The notes beneath the pieces are model-generated. The model had not been told where the DNA came from. It worked only from the letters and a program-made list of their open reading frames with translations, and did no database searches. A stretch of DNA of 64,000 nt, taken from positions 20,398,001 through 20,462,000 of the forward strand of contig CM069145.1 of assembly GCA_035221665.1 (NCBI GenBank). The letters run 5' to 3'. This document shows positions 12,246 through 24,100 of the stretch, piece after piece (within the stretch, counting starts at the first letter, position 1; each line of letters opens with the position of its first letter). Position numbers and translations under genes: made by a program. The stretch comes from Okamejei kenojei (lineage: Eukaryota).

Positions 12246-13642
12246 TACTGAGTCCAGCCAATCTTTGAGTCCACCAGAAAGAAATTAACTCTACAAAGTG
12301 GAAAATACGTTTTATTTTCTGGTACAAAGGTCTCAGTTGAGCTTTGAGCAGCACAATTTCTTTTGAAATTCTTCAAATATATAATTCACTGATGTATAAT
12401 AGATGTAATGGAATCTCTGGTCTCAAGTGGAAATCTGAGTGTGTGGGCATGATGCTGGAAGGAATTTTTAAACTTCCAGTTTTTGAACTGTTTTACTGCC
12501 TTGCAGTTAGTTAACAAATGTTGTGTGTGTTTTCAAATCCACAAGATCAATTCATTGGCAAGTGGAATATTTACGTTATTAAAGTCCCAAGCTTTCTTCA
12601 GAAGCAACTCAAAAGACACATTTTATGATGACGTTATTAATAAAATTAATTAATTTACTTAAATTTAGAAAGACCATTTATCCTGTGAAAAAAGGTTATC
12701 TTTCCCACAAATTTTGAATGGAAGTGATAAATACAATCTATCAACATCTAATTCACAATTTCAATTTGGAAGTATTGTGGAAGCATAGTGAAAGCAATAA
12801 GCATTGTTTTGTATGTTTAACAATTTAATGTTTTCTTACTGGTAAAATCTTATGGGCAGCAAATTCTGGTGGAAAAGACAAGTTTTTGTAGGAAGACACA
12901 AGAAACTGCAGATGCTGGATTCTTGAGTAAAACACGAAGTGCTGGAGTAACTCAGGGAGGCAGGCAGCTTCTCTGGAGGGAATGATCACTCAATGTTTCA
13001 ATTATGTTCCTGATCCTTTTGGGTCAGGACATCATCTTCAGAAATGCTGCCTCATCTACTGAATGCTTTGTGTTTTACTCACGAGTCTTTGCTATGGTTC
13101 AGTCATGGTGAACAGGGCACTAAAGGGCCTGTACCACTTAGGCGATTTTTTTTTTGGTGACTGCTGGAAAATAGGCTGTCGCCACATGGCCATGGGTTGA
13201 CACCTGTATTGTCGTGAGTTGTCTCCTCAAGTGTCGAAACTTTTTTCTTGTCGCCGCTGGATTAGGAAATGTTCAAACCCTTTTGGTGACAGGTGGGCTT
13301 GACGTTGCCTGTCTTCTCTTGTGGTAGGTGCTGTCGTACATTGTTGCCAGGATGACGCCAGGTGACGTTGGTTGTCGCCAGGTGATGACCTCGGTCAATT
13401 CCATTGGCAACAACCTACATCATCCTATGTCAACCGGCGACAGTGCCGGCATCAAGAGAAGTCTTCAGTAGTCTTTACTTGTCGCCGACAGGGTTGTAGC
13501 TTGTCGTAGCTTGTCGCGGGTGGAGTAGGTTGACTTCGGTTGTTGTAGGTTGTCACCTGTGCGGTCGAAGGTTGTCATAGGTGTGGACGTCTCAAGTCGC
13601 GAGGAATTGTGTCGCTTGTCATAGCTTGACGTCAACTAGGTG

Positions 13643-14569
13643 TAGCAATGTTACAACATTTTGAGGTTTTAAAAATCAAGTCTGCAATTTACCCCATCAG
13701 ATAAAGCATAAAAAGAAGTTTAATTTGACACCTAATTCACTTTCATATCTTCAGTATTAAAAAAGTTCTGGCCATTTTCATACTCGGAAATTTGCATCTT
13801 GTTCCCTATTGCTTTTCCATTGACTTAACACAAAAGTTGTGATCGAGGACAGTCAAAAGCCTATAACTTTCTTAATAATTAAGAGAACTGAAATAAATTT
13901 TCAGTTATTATAGATTGAAGCATTCTGAAACAAATATGAAACAATCTTACTTGGATGACCTGAAATTAAAGCATACAATTAGTTATTTACCCAATTGTAG
14001 CTAATTACAAATTCAATTACTAGATCTAAACATCTATCCATTTCTTAAGAAAATGTAAACATTTTTTAAAAAGCCTAAGTGCCCAAATAACATTCACACT
14101 AGAATTCACAATATAACATGAGTTTTAAATCTCATTGTCATGAATTTATAGGCCAAATGGAAGGAATTTAGTGTTTAATTCCCGTAAATTAATGGCCATT
14201 TAAATCAGCTTGCGAGTGGGATTTTATGGAACGCGATGGATTGGAACGTTGCGGTTCTGGTGAATTTAAACCCCATATCGGCAGGAAAAATACTGGCGGT
14301 TCCTATGGGGAATAAATCACAGTTTTGCAACATGAAATGTTGATTAAGGTCATCGAAACAAGCAAGTTTATATGAACTTCACTTACCAGCACTCGGAACG
14401 AATCTCCAGAAAAAGCTCGCACTCCGAGAAAATATAATTCCGGGAGACATTGGCAAACCGCATTTTAACCCCGCTCCCCCTCCCCCCCCCCCCCAAAGGC
14501 GCCAAAGTCACGCACACGGCCAGTGACAGGACTGCAGCGCCGCTGAAGGTAAGTTTTGTAACATACCTA
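13643..14569. mobile_element. Unclassified 927-bp non-autonomous TIR DNA transposon
   Basis: Imperfect TIRs TAGCAATGTTACAACA / TTTTGTAACATACCTA. Exact direct repeat CTAGGTG at 13636-13642 and 14570-14576. No transposase ORF. Confidence 0.8.
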
Positions 14570-14600
14570 CTAGGTGGTAGCTTGACGTAGACATGGTGTA

Positions 14601-16577
14601 AACATAGAAACATAGAAACATAGAAATTAGGTGCAGGAGTAGGCCATTCAGCCCTTCGAGCCTGCACCGCCATTCAATATGATCATGGCTGATCATCCAA
14701 CTAAGTATCCCGTACCTGCCTTCTCTCCATACCCTCTGATCCCCTTAGCCACAAGGGCCACATCCAACTCACTCTTAAATATAACCAATGAACTGGCCTC
14801 AACTACCTTCTGTGGCAGAGAGTTCCAGAGACTCACCACTCTCTGTGTGAAAAAAGTCTTTCTCATCTCGGTCTTAAAGGATTTCCCCCTTATCCTTAAG
14901 CTGTGACCCCTTGTCCTGGACTTCCCCAACATCGGGAACAATCTTCCTGCATCTAGCCTGTCCAACCCCTTAAGAATGTTGTAAGTTTCTATAAGATCCC
15001 CTCTCAATCTCCTAAATTCCAGAGAGTATAAACCGAGTCTATCCAGTCTTTCTTCATAAGACAGTACTGACATCCCAGGAATCAGTCTGGTGAACCTTCT
15101 CTGCACTCCCTCTATGGCAATAATGTCCTTCCTCAGATTTGGAGACCAAAACTGTACGCAATACTCCAGGTATGGTCTCACCAAGACCCTGTACAACTGA
15201 AGTAGAACCTCCCTGCTCCTGTACTCAAATCCTTTTGCTATGAAAGCTAACATACCATTCGCTTTTTTCACTGCCTGCTGCACCTGCATGCCTACTTTCA
15301 ATGACTGGTGTACCATGACACCCAGGTCTCGCTGCATCTCCCCTTTTCCTAATCGGCCACCATTTAAATAATAGTCTGCTTTCCTGTTTTTGCCACCAAA
15401 GTGGATAACCTCACATTTATCCACATTATACTGCATCTGCCAAACATTTGCCCACTCACCCAGCCTATCCAAGTCACCTTGCAGTCTCCTAGCATCCTCC
15501 TCACAGCGAACACTGCCCCCCAGCTTAGTGTCATCCGCAAACTTGGAGATATTGCCTTCAATTCCCTCATCCAGATCATTAATATATATTGTAAATAGCT
15601 GGGGTCCCAGCACTGAGCCCTGCGGTACCCCACTAGTTACTGCCTGCCATTGTGAAAAGGACCCGTTTACTCCTACTCTTTGCTTCCTGTTTGCCAGCCA
15701 GTTCTCTATCCACATCAATACTGAACCCCTAATACCGTATGCTTTAAGTTTGTATACTAATCTCTTATGTGGGACCTTGTCGAAAGCCTTCTGGAAGTCC
15801 AGATATACCACATCCACTGGTTCTCCCTTATCCACACTACTAGTTACATCCTCGAAGAATTCCACAAGATTCTTCAGACATGATTTACCTTTTGTAAATC
15901 CATGCTGACTTTGTCCAATGATTTCACCACTTTCCAAATGTGCTGCTATCCCATCTTTAATAACTGACTCTAGCAGTTTCCCCACTACCGATGTTAGACT
16001 AACTGGTCTGTAATTCCCCGTTTTCTCTCTCCCTCCCTTCTTAAAAAGAGGGGTTACATTTGCTACCCGCCAATCCTCAGGAACTACTCCAGAATCTAAA
16101 GAGTTTTGGAAGATTATCACTAATGCATCCACTATTTCCTGAGCTACTTCCTCTGGGATGCAGCCTATCTGGCCCTGGGGATTTATCGGCCTTTAATCTA
16201 TTCAATTTACCCAACACCACTTCCCGACTGACCTGGATTTCACTCAATTCCTCCTTTGACCCACAGTCCCCTGCTATTTCAGGCAGATTATTTATGTCTT
16301 CCTTAGTGAAGACGGAACCAAAGTAGTTATTCAATTGGTCCGCCATATCCTTGTTCCCCATGATCAACTCACCTGTTTCTGACTGCAAGGGACCTACATT
16401 TGTTTTAACTAACCTCTTTCTCTTCACATATCTATAAAAACTTTTGCAGTCAGTTTTTATGTTCCTTGCCAGTTTTCTTTCATAATCTATTTTTCCTTTC
16501 CTAATTAAGCCCTTTGTCCTCCTCTGCTGGTCTCTGATTTTCTCCCAGTCCTCTGGTATGCTGCTTTTTCTGGCTTC
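14601..16577 (-). mobile_element. Young 5'-truncated CR1 LINE with near-intact reverse transcriptase (ORF2 3' part, one frameshift near 16150)
   Basis: The 479-aa ORF 14693-16132 has NYRPVSLTS, QHGF, YLDFQKAFDKVPH, GVPQGSVLGP and KFADD. The upstream ORF2 part is in another frame (…KSPGPDRLHPR). The tail (CATAGAAA)n is at 14601-14626. Confidence 0.97.
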
Positions 16578-16799
16578 TGTAGGGTGGGTCCATTTCGGCG
16601 TCGCCGGCAGTTGCCTAAAAAATCGCCTAAGCGGGACTCTTAGTGGTGCTCTGTGACTCATATTGATGGTGAGACCACCAATTTTATGTGAGGTGCTGAT
16701 TGAATAGAGTTTTTGTAGCGAGATCCTTGGGACCAGGACTAATGAGATGAGAATGCCCAGGAGCTCTAGAAGCTAAGTAACTGTGAACACAAACCATTC

Positions 16800-17620
16800 T
16801 CTATCTGGAAATGCCATTACACCTCAAGAAAAAAGAAAGTCACAACATGTGAGGATTCTTTAAAGTTGTTGAAACCATCGCAAGGACCAATGTCACTGAG
16901 AGCCAATAACAGAGAAGCAGTCAATATTTGCAAGAAGCAAGTCAAGGAGATATGCTTTGGACACAAGTGTCCTTGACTACATCACTCAGCACATCATCTG
17001 TCACATTCTCAGTACTACCCTGGACAAGCAAGAAGTTGCAATGGTATCAAATGAATAAAACCACCCCCCAAGATCTCTGAAACAAATGGAATCCTGCTGA
17101 AGTCCTAAAACAAGAAGGAGAAACACTGGCAAGAATTAATATCTACTGTGGGAAGAGGACACTATGCCAAGGGATCTCAGGAATACTGCACTAATAGCCA
17201 TCTTTCAGAAAGATCTTATTGAGCTCTCTGACTGCCACCAGAAAAGTCATCATAATGATCCAGATCGACTGCCAGCTCCCAATGGCTTAAGAGCTTGTCC
17301 CAGAGTCACAATGCAGATTGCATCCATCAAACGATTCGGTGGCTGTGATCTCCACCAATCTTCAACACCAGAAGATCAGGGTCAGCACTGACCATTGAAG
17401 ATAGCAGCCTTCAACCTCGCCAAAGTCTTGGTTTTCAACAAACTCATAGGATCACGGGGAATCCTTCACCAATGTGATTACCCTCGGAAATTCATCGCCA
17501 TTCTATGTCTGCTAAGGTATGACCTTCAAGCTATCGTCCTAACCAGTGCAAACGACAATATTAATTGCCCCCTCCCGAGTTCAAGCACCAGCCTTGGTGG
17601 ATTTAGAAAAAGCATTTGAT
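16800..17620 (+). mobile_element. Decayed RTE-clade LINE fragment
   Basis: WEEDTMPRDLRNTALIAIFQK, PESQC and PRKFIAILCLL resemble RTE RT motifs; many frameshifts. Confidence 0.7.
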
Positions 17621-17829
17621 GACCTAGGCTCCTTCACCGCTGCATCATCACAGCATGCTGTTCAATCTTTCTTGTTGAAATATTGTCTTCTAACATTCTA
17701 CTCACTGAAGAGTAGTTATTATACAGGATGGTCATTACTTTGTGGTGCACTAATGTGACAGACTTGGCACAATTCTGCTCCCCTTACCTAGAATACCTGC
17801 CATCCCCTTTATCTACCAAGGATATTCCA

Positions 17830-18720
17830 TCTATATAATCTTGTTAGCAGTCTACATACCATCTCAAGCCAACACTGAGGTGGGACTGGAGAAATAATGC
17901 TTGATTGTTAACCCTGATGTCCTCTCCATCATCACTGGCAACTTCAGGGAAGTCCTCTCCAAATAACATCGCCATTGCTCCTGCCCCACACAGAATGTTA
18001 ACGCTCTAGACCACTGCTACACCACCATCAAGTAGGTCTATCTTACCATCCCTCGCCCTCATTTTGGTTGAGTTTAGTGCTGCTCCTGCTAGCCATGGAG
18101 GATGACTGAAACGCGAGTCACCTCATGAAGACAGTAATAGAGCAACAGTCTGTGGAGGCTGAGATTCTAATTCAGGACTCTTTGAATCGGTGGACTGGAC
18201 CATGTTCAAGATCACATCATCCCGCCTAATTGAATATACCTCAGTCGTCACCGTTTTCATCTCCACAAGGCTACCAGCGATGCCAAAGGATAATTCCAAA
18301 ACAATTTAATGAAGTGGTTGCCAGGTTAAAGGGGCTGGGCCTGATACCATCACGGGCTACAACCTGAAGCATCTCTACCAGATAATCTCAATGCCATCTC
18401 TTGTAGGTTTGCCTGTGATACCAGTGTGGCTGTATCTACATCAATGATAAGAGAAAGTACAGGAAAGTACATGGTGTCAGGTCGTTAACCTGGCCCTTAA
18501 TGTCAGCAAGATGGAAAAGTTGGTTGTTGATTTGTGGAAGTGTGACCACGGTCTTGTACACATCGATGAGGTTGCTGTGAGATGATGAACAGTTCCAAGT
18601 CATCCATATCACCAGGAACCTAACCCCTTCACACTGTTGCAAAAGCACATCAGCATATTTACTTTCTTATGCATCTGGCTATGTCCAAGAGGATTCTCTG
18701 CGATCCTTAGCACTACGTCC
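17830..18720 (+). mobile_element. Decayed Rex1/Babar LINE (AP endonuclease remnants and downstream pieces)
   Basis: AVYIPSQANT, LDHCYTTIK, PRPHFG and FESVDWTMFK in shifting frames. Confidence 0.7.
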
Positions 18721-19029
18721 ATGATCACATGCCTCATCTTAGAGCTCAGAAACAAGCATTCTTCTCCAAACTGTATCACAGCAAGAAATTTCCAGCAGGA
18801 CTAAAAACAATGTTTAAAGGATCTTTTGAAAGTCTCCTTTGCAAAATGTCACATGGTCTGTGACTGTTCAAAATAAGGAAAGGACGTCTGGGAACTTTAT
18901 CAAAGATGACGGTGAAGCCAGGCGATTCTCTGCGTTCTGGTGCCAGAAGTGGATCTGCAATCATTCATTACAATCACTCCATTCTACAGAAAACCACTCC
19001 ACTCCAACAGAAAATCGTTCATCATATTT

Positions 19030-19196
19030 TACTGGACTTTATCTTGCACTAAATGTTATTCTCTTATGCTGCTACTGTACGCTGTGAATGTCATGATTGT
19101 AATCATGTGTAGTCTCTCCGCTGACTGGATAGCACGCAACACAAAAGCTTTTCACTGTACCTCGTTACACATGACAAGAAGCTAAACTAAACTAAG
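19030..19196 (+). mobile_element. LINE 3' UTR/tail fragment (Rex1-like)
   Basis: Ends aaaagcttttcactgtacctcg-tacac-tgacaa plus (ctaaa)n. The same tail occurs at ~5285-5345. Confidence 0.55.
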
Positions 19197-20214
19197 CACC
19201 TTGAGCCTCTTCAAAAACAAGCAGAGACCTAAAGCAAACAATGGATTAAATGTCCCCCGATCACTCTGCCCCCAAAGTTTGTTCAGCCACCTTGTGGCAC
19301 AGAAATCGAGTGAAAGCAAGTCATACTTCATCCCAAGTTTCCTACTATGCAAAGTTCAGCTAGTGTGAATTTTGATGCATACTGCCTTAACCAGTGAATC
19401 ATTTGGCATCAGCTTAGTAAGTTTGAATATGATAGTGGTTGTAAAGTCTATCAGTGTGACTCATCCATTGTCTGAATAAATAGTTTTATTCTTCTGAGGT
19501 CATTTTCAATGTGGCATTACAGAACAGCAATATCAATTGAATAAAGCTCTAAATTATCCTCTCTTTTAACAATGAGAGAGCGTTTGAACTAATCATCATC
19601 CCTAATCGGGGATCAAATCAACTGAACATTTTTATTGTTGAAAAGATCTGATGCCTGAAGATACCATGAGCCTTTAAAACAAAATCATATCTCTGTTGCA
19701 AATGTCACATTATGGTCCAAGTCCAATTTATAGATGATGTGCTTATTTATGTGGAGAACAGATGGATACAATGCACTATTTTAAAGTGGAAGATCATGTG
19801 ACTTTTATCCGTTTCATCCATAAATAAATGAGCATTTCTATGAAAACCCTGATTGAAATCCATGACAAATTTATTTATCTTAATATTTGTACTCGATTCT
19901 CGTTAACTACTGGCCTTCATTTTTTTCCCCATGAGAGCATTAATAACCCATGTGCTGTACAATGCCTCCTGTGTCCGAAGGAGGGTCTCGACCTGAAATG
20001 TCACCCGTTTCTTCTCTCCAGAGATGCTGAGATGTTCCAGCATTCTGTGTCTACCTAGGTTTGTGTTTGTGATATTCTACATATATTGATTCCCTTTCCC
20101 AATCGTGGCATTAAGGTCGAGATCCAGAAGACAAATGACCATTGCACAGAGAGAAAGTGGAGTTTTAAGAGGATGCCAGTCTAAGTTATTTTTAATAAGA
20201 GACCTGAGTCGGTC

Positions 20215-20778
20215 TGTCAAGGACGACTCTCTCTAACTTCTACAGGTGCACAGTAGAGAGCTTGCTGACCGGTTGCATCGTGGCTTGGTTCGGCAACCTG
20301 AGCGCCCAGGAGAGGAAAAGACTACAAAAAGTAGTAAGCACTGCCCAGTCCATCATCGGCTCTGACCATCCTTCCATCGAGGGGATTTACCGCAGTCGCT
20401 GCCTCAAAAAGGTTGGCAGTATCATCAAATACCCACACCATCGTGGCCACACACTCATCTCCCTGATACCTTCAGGTAGAAACTACAGGAGCCTGAAGAC
20501 TGCAACGACCAGGTTCAGGAATAGCTACTTCCCCACAGCCATCAGGCTATTAAACCTGGCTCGGACAAAACTCTGAACTTTAATAACCCATTATCTGTTA
20601 TTTTCAGTTTTTATCAGTTTATTTATTCATGTGTGTATATATTTATATAATGGTATATGGACACACTGATCTGTTTTGTAGTCAATGCCTACCATGTTCT
20701 GCTGTGCTGAAGTAAAGCAAGAATTTAATTGTCCTATCAGGGACACATGACAATAAACTCACTTGAACTTGAACTTGA
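20215..20778 (+). mobile_element. Rex1/Babar LINE 3' end, relatively young
   Basis: FYRCTVESLLTGCIVAWFG...PHHRGHTLISLIPSGRNYRSLKTATTRFRNSYFPTAIRLLN is a typical Rex1 C-terminus. The tail is aataaactc(acttga)3. Confidence 0.88.
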
Positions 20779-20930
20779 TCTCTGGACTCAAATCAATTGT
20801 CAAATCATCTTGCCTAGTAAAAGGTGCACAGCACAAAAAATGAGAAAGGAGACAGTAAGTATTTAGTCTTGGCTTTATTGAGCAGATAAACTTACCTGTC
20901 TCTCTTTTTCTCCTCCATGGTATTGGACAG

Positions 20931-21055
20931 TTATGAAGAGCCCTGCCGTAGTACCCAGCTAGATCTCACTCTCTTTTGAAGAAGATGTGTCCTAGAATGG
21001 CAAATACCGTCTACTGCCCTCAGTGTAATGGACCCAGAGAAGTGACTATGTTACC
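20931..21055 (+). other. FAM53B: Putative 5' UTR part of the first coding exon of FAM53B
   Basis: Polypyrimidine tract ctgtctctctttttctcctcc (~20896-20916) followed by gacAG at 20929-20930. It is a plausible acceptor upstream of the ATG and needs RNA confirmation. Confidence 0.6.
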
Positions 21056-21133
21056 ATGGTGACTCTGTTAATGCAAGGTCTGGGAAATGAGGACTTGGAT
21101 TATGGTATACATCATATTTTCAACAGAGAACTG
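21056..21133 (+). CDS. FAM53B: FAM53B first coding exon (CDS part), MVTLLMQGLGNEDLDYGIHHIFNREL
   Basis: Strong Kozak context accATGG at 21056. There are 26 codons ending ...FNREL, followed by donor GTAAGC at 21134 (phase 0). Length and ending match the recalled human FAM53B N-terminus (MVMVLSESLSTRGADSIACGTFSREL). It is in frame with the next exon. Too short to appear in the ORF track. Confidence 0.88.
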
Positions 21134-24100
21134 GTAAGCTATTAATTAAGCTAAGCTTGTGAAATTTAAAAAACATTTAAGTTTAAAATATAAACAGTTT
21201 GAAAGATAACTTCCACATGTACCTATGTGTTATACAGCTTCAGAGCCTTAAGTGCATCTTCCATAAACTTTCAGAAATTGTACTTTTGAACCTGCGGTGC
21301 TGCCATTAATATGTAAATTTAATTTCCACTAGTTTTGCCTGGGTAATTTATTTTGATTTCAGTGTGATGAATGCAGCCTTTTATTTGATCCTAAATGATA
21401 TTTAGAGACCTACATAATTCGCAAGCCCAGTTCAGCAGCCACACATTAATAGCAGCTGTTAGCCTGGTAATTGGAGCAGCTGCTGAAATAATATACAATA
21501 GTTGAGGAAAGTTAGTTAATATTAATTTCCGCACATGGATACCTTACAGTACATGGCGAAACACAACCAAATATTTAAGCAATGATTCAGAAAGGCTTTC
21601 TGAGGGGGGGGGGGGGGTATCATTTTTCAAATTAACCAATGAAATAAACTCTAACCTTTGGAATTAGAAGTAAGTTATCAACCTATGTATAAGACAATAG
21701 TTTAGTGTTAGGTGCTTAAGAGGTTATTGTCCTTTGCTTCCCATTTCTGCCAGGTATTTGGCATCACTCTCCTGAGAGAGGAGGTATCCTGGATTGTAAT
21801 ATTCCTTTTTATTCTTCCATGAGCTTTATTTGTGAAGATGAATGTTTTTGACAGACTTGTCCGTGCCTAACTCAAACAGGTGCAGCATTTATGAGCATGA
21901 ATGTAGCAGCGTGGAAAATCCATTTGATGGTCATTTCAAGAGCAGATTTTCCTTTTCAGTGCCTGGGCACAAGAGCTTGACAAGGCAGAAGTATTTACCA
22001 CAAGTTTGGGCACAAGTTGTTATGATTTTTCCATTCATTAAATCGCCAGCTGCTCACATCCAAGTTTCCAGTAAGCATTTCTTGTCTGCAAACCTCTCGT
22101 ACCTTGATGTTGAAGAGTAAAGATTTTCCCTGGTTTTTGAAATGGAACTTAGACTTGATTGGTAGAACAAACTGAATGTGTTAGAAAGTCTTGTTAGTTT
22201 TATTGAAGGGACACACATTAATGATAGATCAAAACCTAAACTCACTTTATTAACATTTCTTTGTTTGGAATGCAAACTGAAGCATTAATCCACCTCATTA
22301 CTTCAATTAGAGTGGCAATGAACTGCAGCATGAATGCTATTAGCTTTGCTTTTTGATTTGGAATTTCTATACTTTGAAATCTTACCATCCGAACAAGTTT
22401 GCCCAAGAAATCACTCCAGTTTTTTACGAGTTCTCTGTTGAAAGTATTGCTCCAGGTTTTGACAGGAAGACTGCATTGCAGGTCATCCTGACACTATTTA
22501 TGAAAGTCAATTGAAGACTGGAGCTACGAGGTTCACTGAACAGCATTGTTGTGTTTATGCTAAGTCTCGGGTTCTTGCAGATGCCAGCATGTATCCCAGC
22601 AAATATGATCTTTGCAGCTAACTATAGAAGGAGCATGCCACGGTACATGTAACAATCTTTCAAGTACACAGGAGTGTTGCAATGATGGGGTGCTATGGTC
22701 GGGGAGGTCACAAATGTTCCGTCTTTGACAGACTGGTTACGAATATTGCCTTTGGGGGGGGGGCATAATCTTTCTACAAACCGTGTAGGGCCACAGCAGA
22801 GGCTTCTAACAGAAATATGGTAGAGAGGGAGATATCTGAAAGGACATGAGCGCAATTTATAAATGCCTGTGCATTAAAGCAGGCATATGCCTTGGCCTGA
22901 AGTAATAGTATATGAACTTGCTGCTCATCGACTATGGATGTCAATGACTTCCTCAACCGCAGCGGTGACCAGGAAATGATACATGGCAGGAATCAACACT
23001 GGTATTCAGGAATGGACCTGAGGGTAGGTTGTGACCCCTACCTTCATGGTAAAGCATTAAATACACATGTCGGGATGTGATTGAGGTACTAGGAGGTCAA
23101 AGATCCAAGGGAGGCAAATAATTAAATAATGTGGATTTACAGGAAATAGAGGAGTGTGCTGAGTAACTAAGAGCTACTCTTTTACAGCCTAGGGATGGAA
23201 ATGTTACCATACATGAAGTTTTACACTACTCAAGTAAAGTGTAATTAGGGGAGTTTTGCAGTTGGTGGGGGAAAAAAAAAAGTGTTTGAGAGAACCCCTT
23301 GTACACCACAACCCCAGAAGGAAACACATGAGAGACATGCAAAATTCCTCTTCTCTGGGATTCTGAAGATAATTTCAAGCCAGTTTGTAATCCATTTGTT
23401 GTATAAAATCACCCCACAAAGGTTTTGTGGACCATAGTATTTCTAGAGGTTTATTAGGATCTAGGATCATGGCTTCTTTACATAGTTGAGAATGTGACAG
23501 CACCCCATTTTGTGTTAATTTAACTATCACATGTGGAATACATGATAGGTTTCAAGTACTCGTTTTCTTGCGGAGGAACTTTCCACAAGGTGCATCCACT
23601 GAAATTATATTCTTTGTTAAAATTAGTTCAGATTAGCATTTAGCTATTAGTTGGATAATATCAGGATGTTATAATTTAGGGGATTCTTTTTTTCCCCCCA
23701 ATTGAGAATTTGTTTCCAATTGGATTCCTGTTGGATTCAACATTGTGAGAAATTTGCCTTTGTTACATATTTCTTCTGGTTTGCTGTAGTAAGGTGAAGC
23801 TAGCCTTTATTGCTTTAACACTGAAGAGTTTGATGCCTGGAACAGAGAACTGGTGGTGCTGTTCCTTTGTAGCATCGGTGGATTATGTTTAAACAGTGGT
23901 TTAATTATTTTCTGAGATAGTGTCAAAATATCATTCTCGTTCTTGCTATATCTGGTTGAGGGTAATTAATACATGAAATGAGCACTTAATCTTTTGTTTG
24001 AGGGGTTTCCTAAAATGGTTGAAAGTCTCTTCTGGAATGGAGAGAGACAGTTGTGTAAAATGGCAGAGGTCATTACAGACCCATCTCTTCACAGTTGTGG

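Larger units (their letters stand above)
13124..16640. mobile_element. PIF/Harbinger-like non-autonomous element (~600 bp of its own sequence) hosting two nested insertions
   Basis: Left end TAA|AGGGCCTGTACCACTTAGGCGATTTTTT; right end AAAAAATCGCCTAAGCGGGACTCT|TAG (a few terminal bases lost). Same TIR family as 27231-27437, with a TWA-like 3-bp target. Confidence 0.75.

Noticed and set aside
14693-16132. 479-aa reverse transcriptase ORF as a host gene, retron or defence RT
   Set aside because: It is CR1 ORF2: 5'-truncated, frameshifted upstream, ending in the CR1 microsatellite tail, with many sibling fragments in the window.
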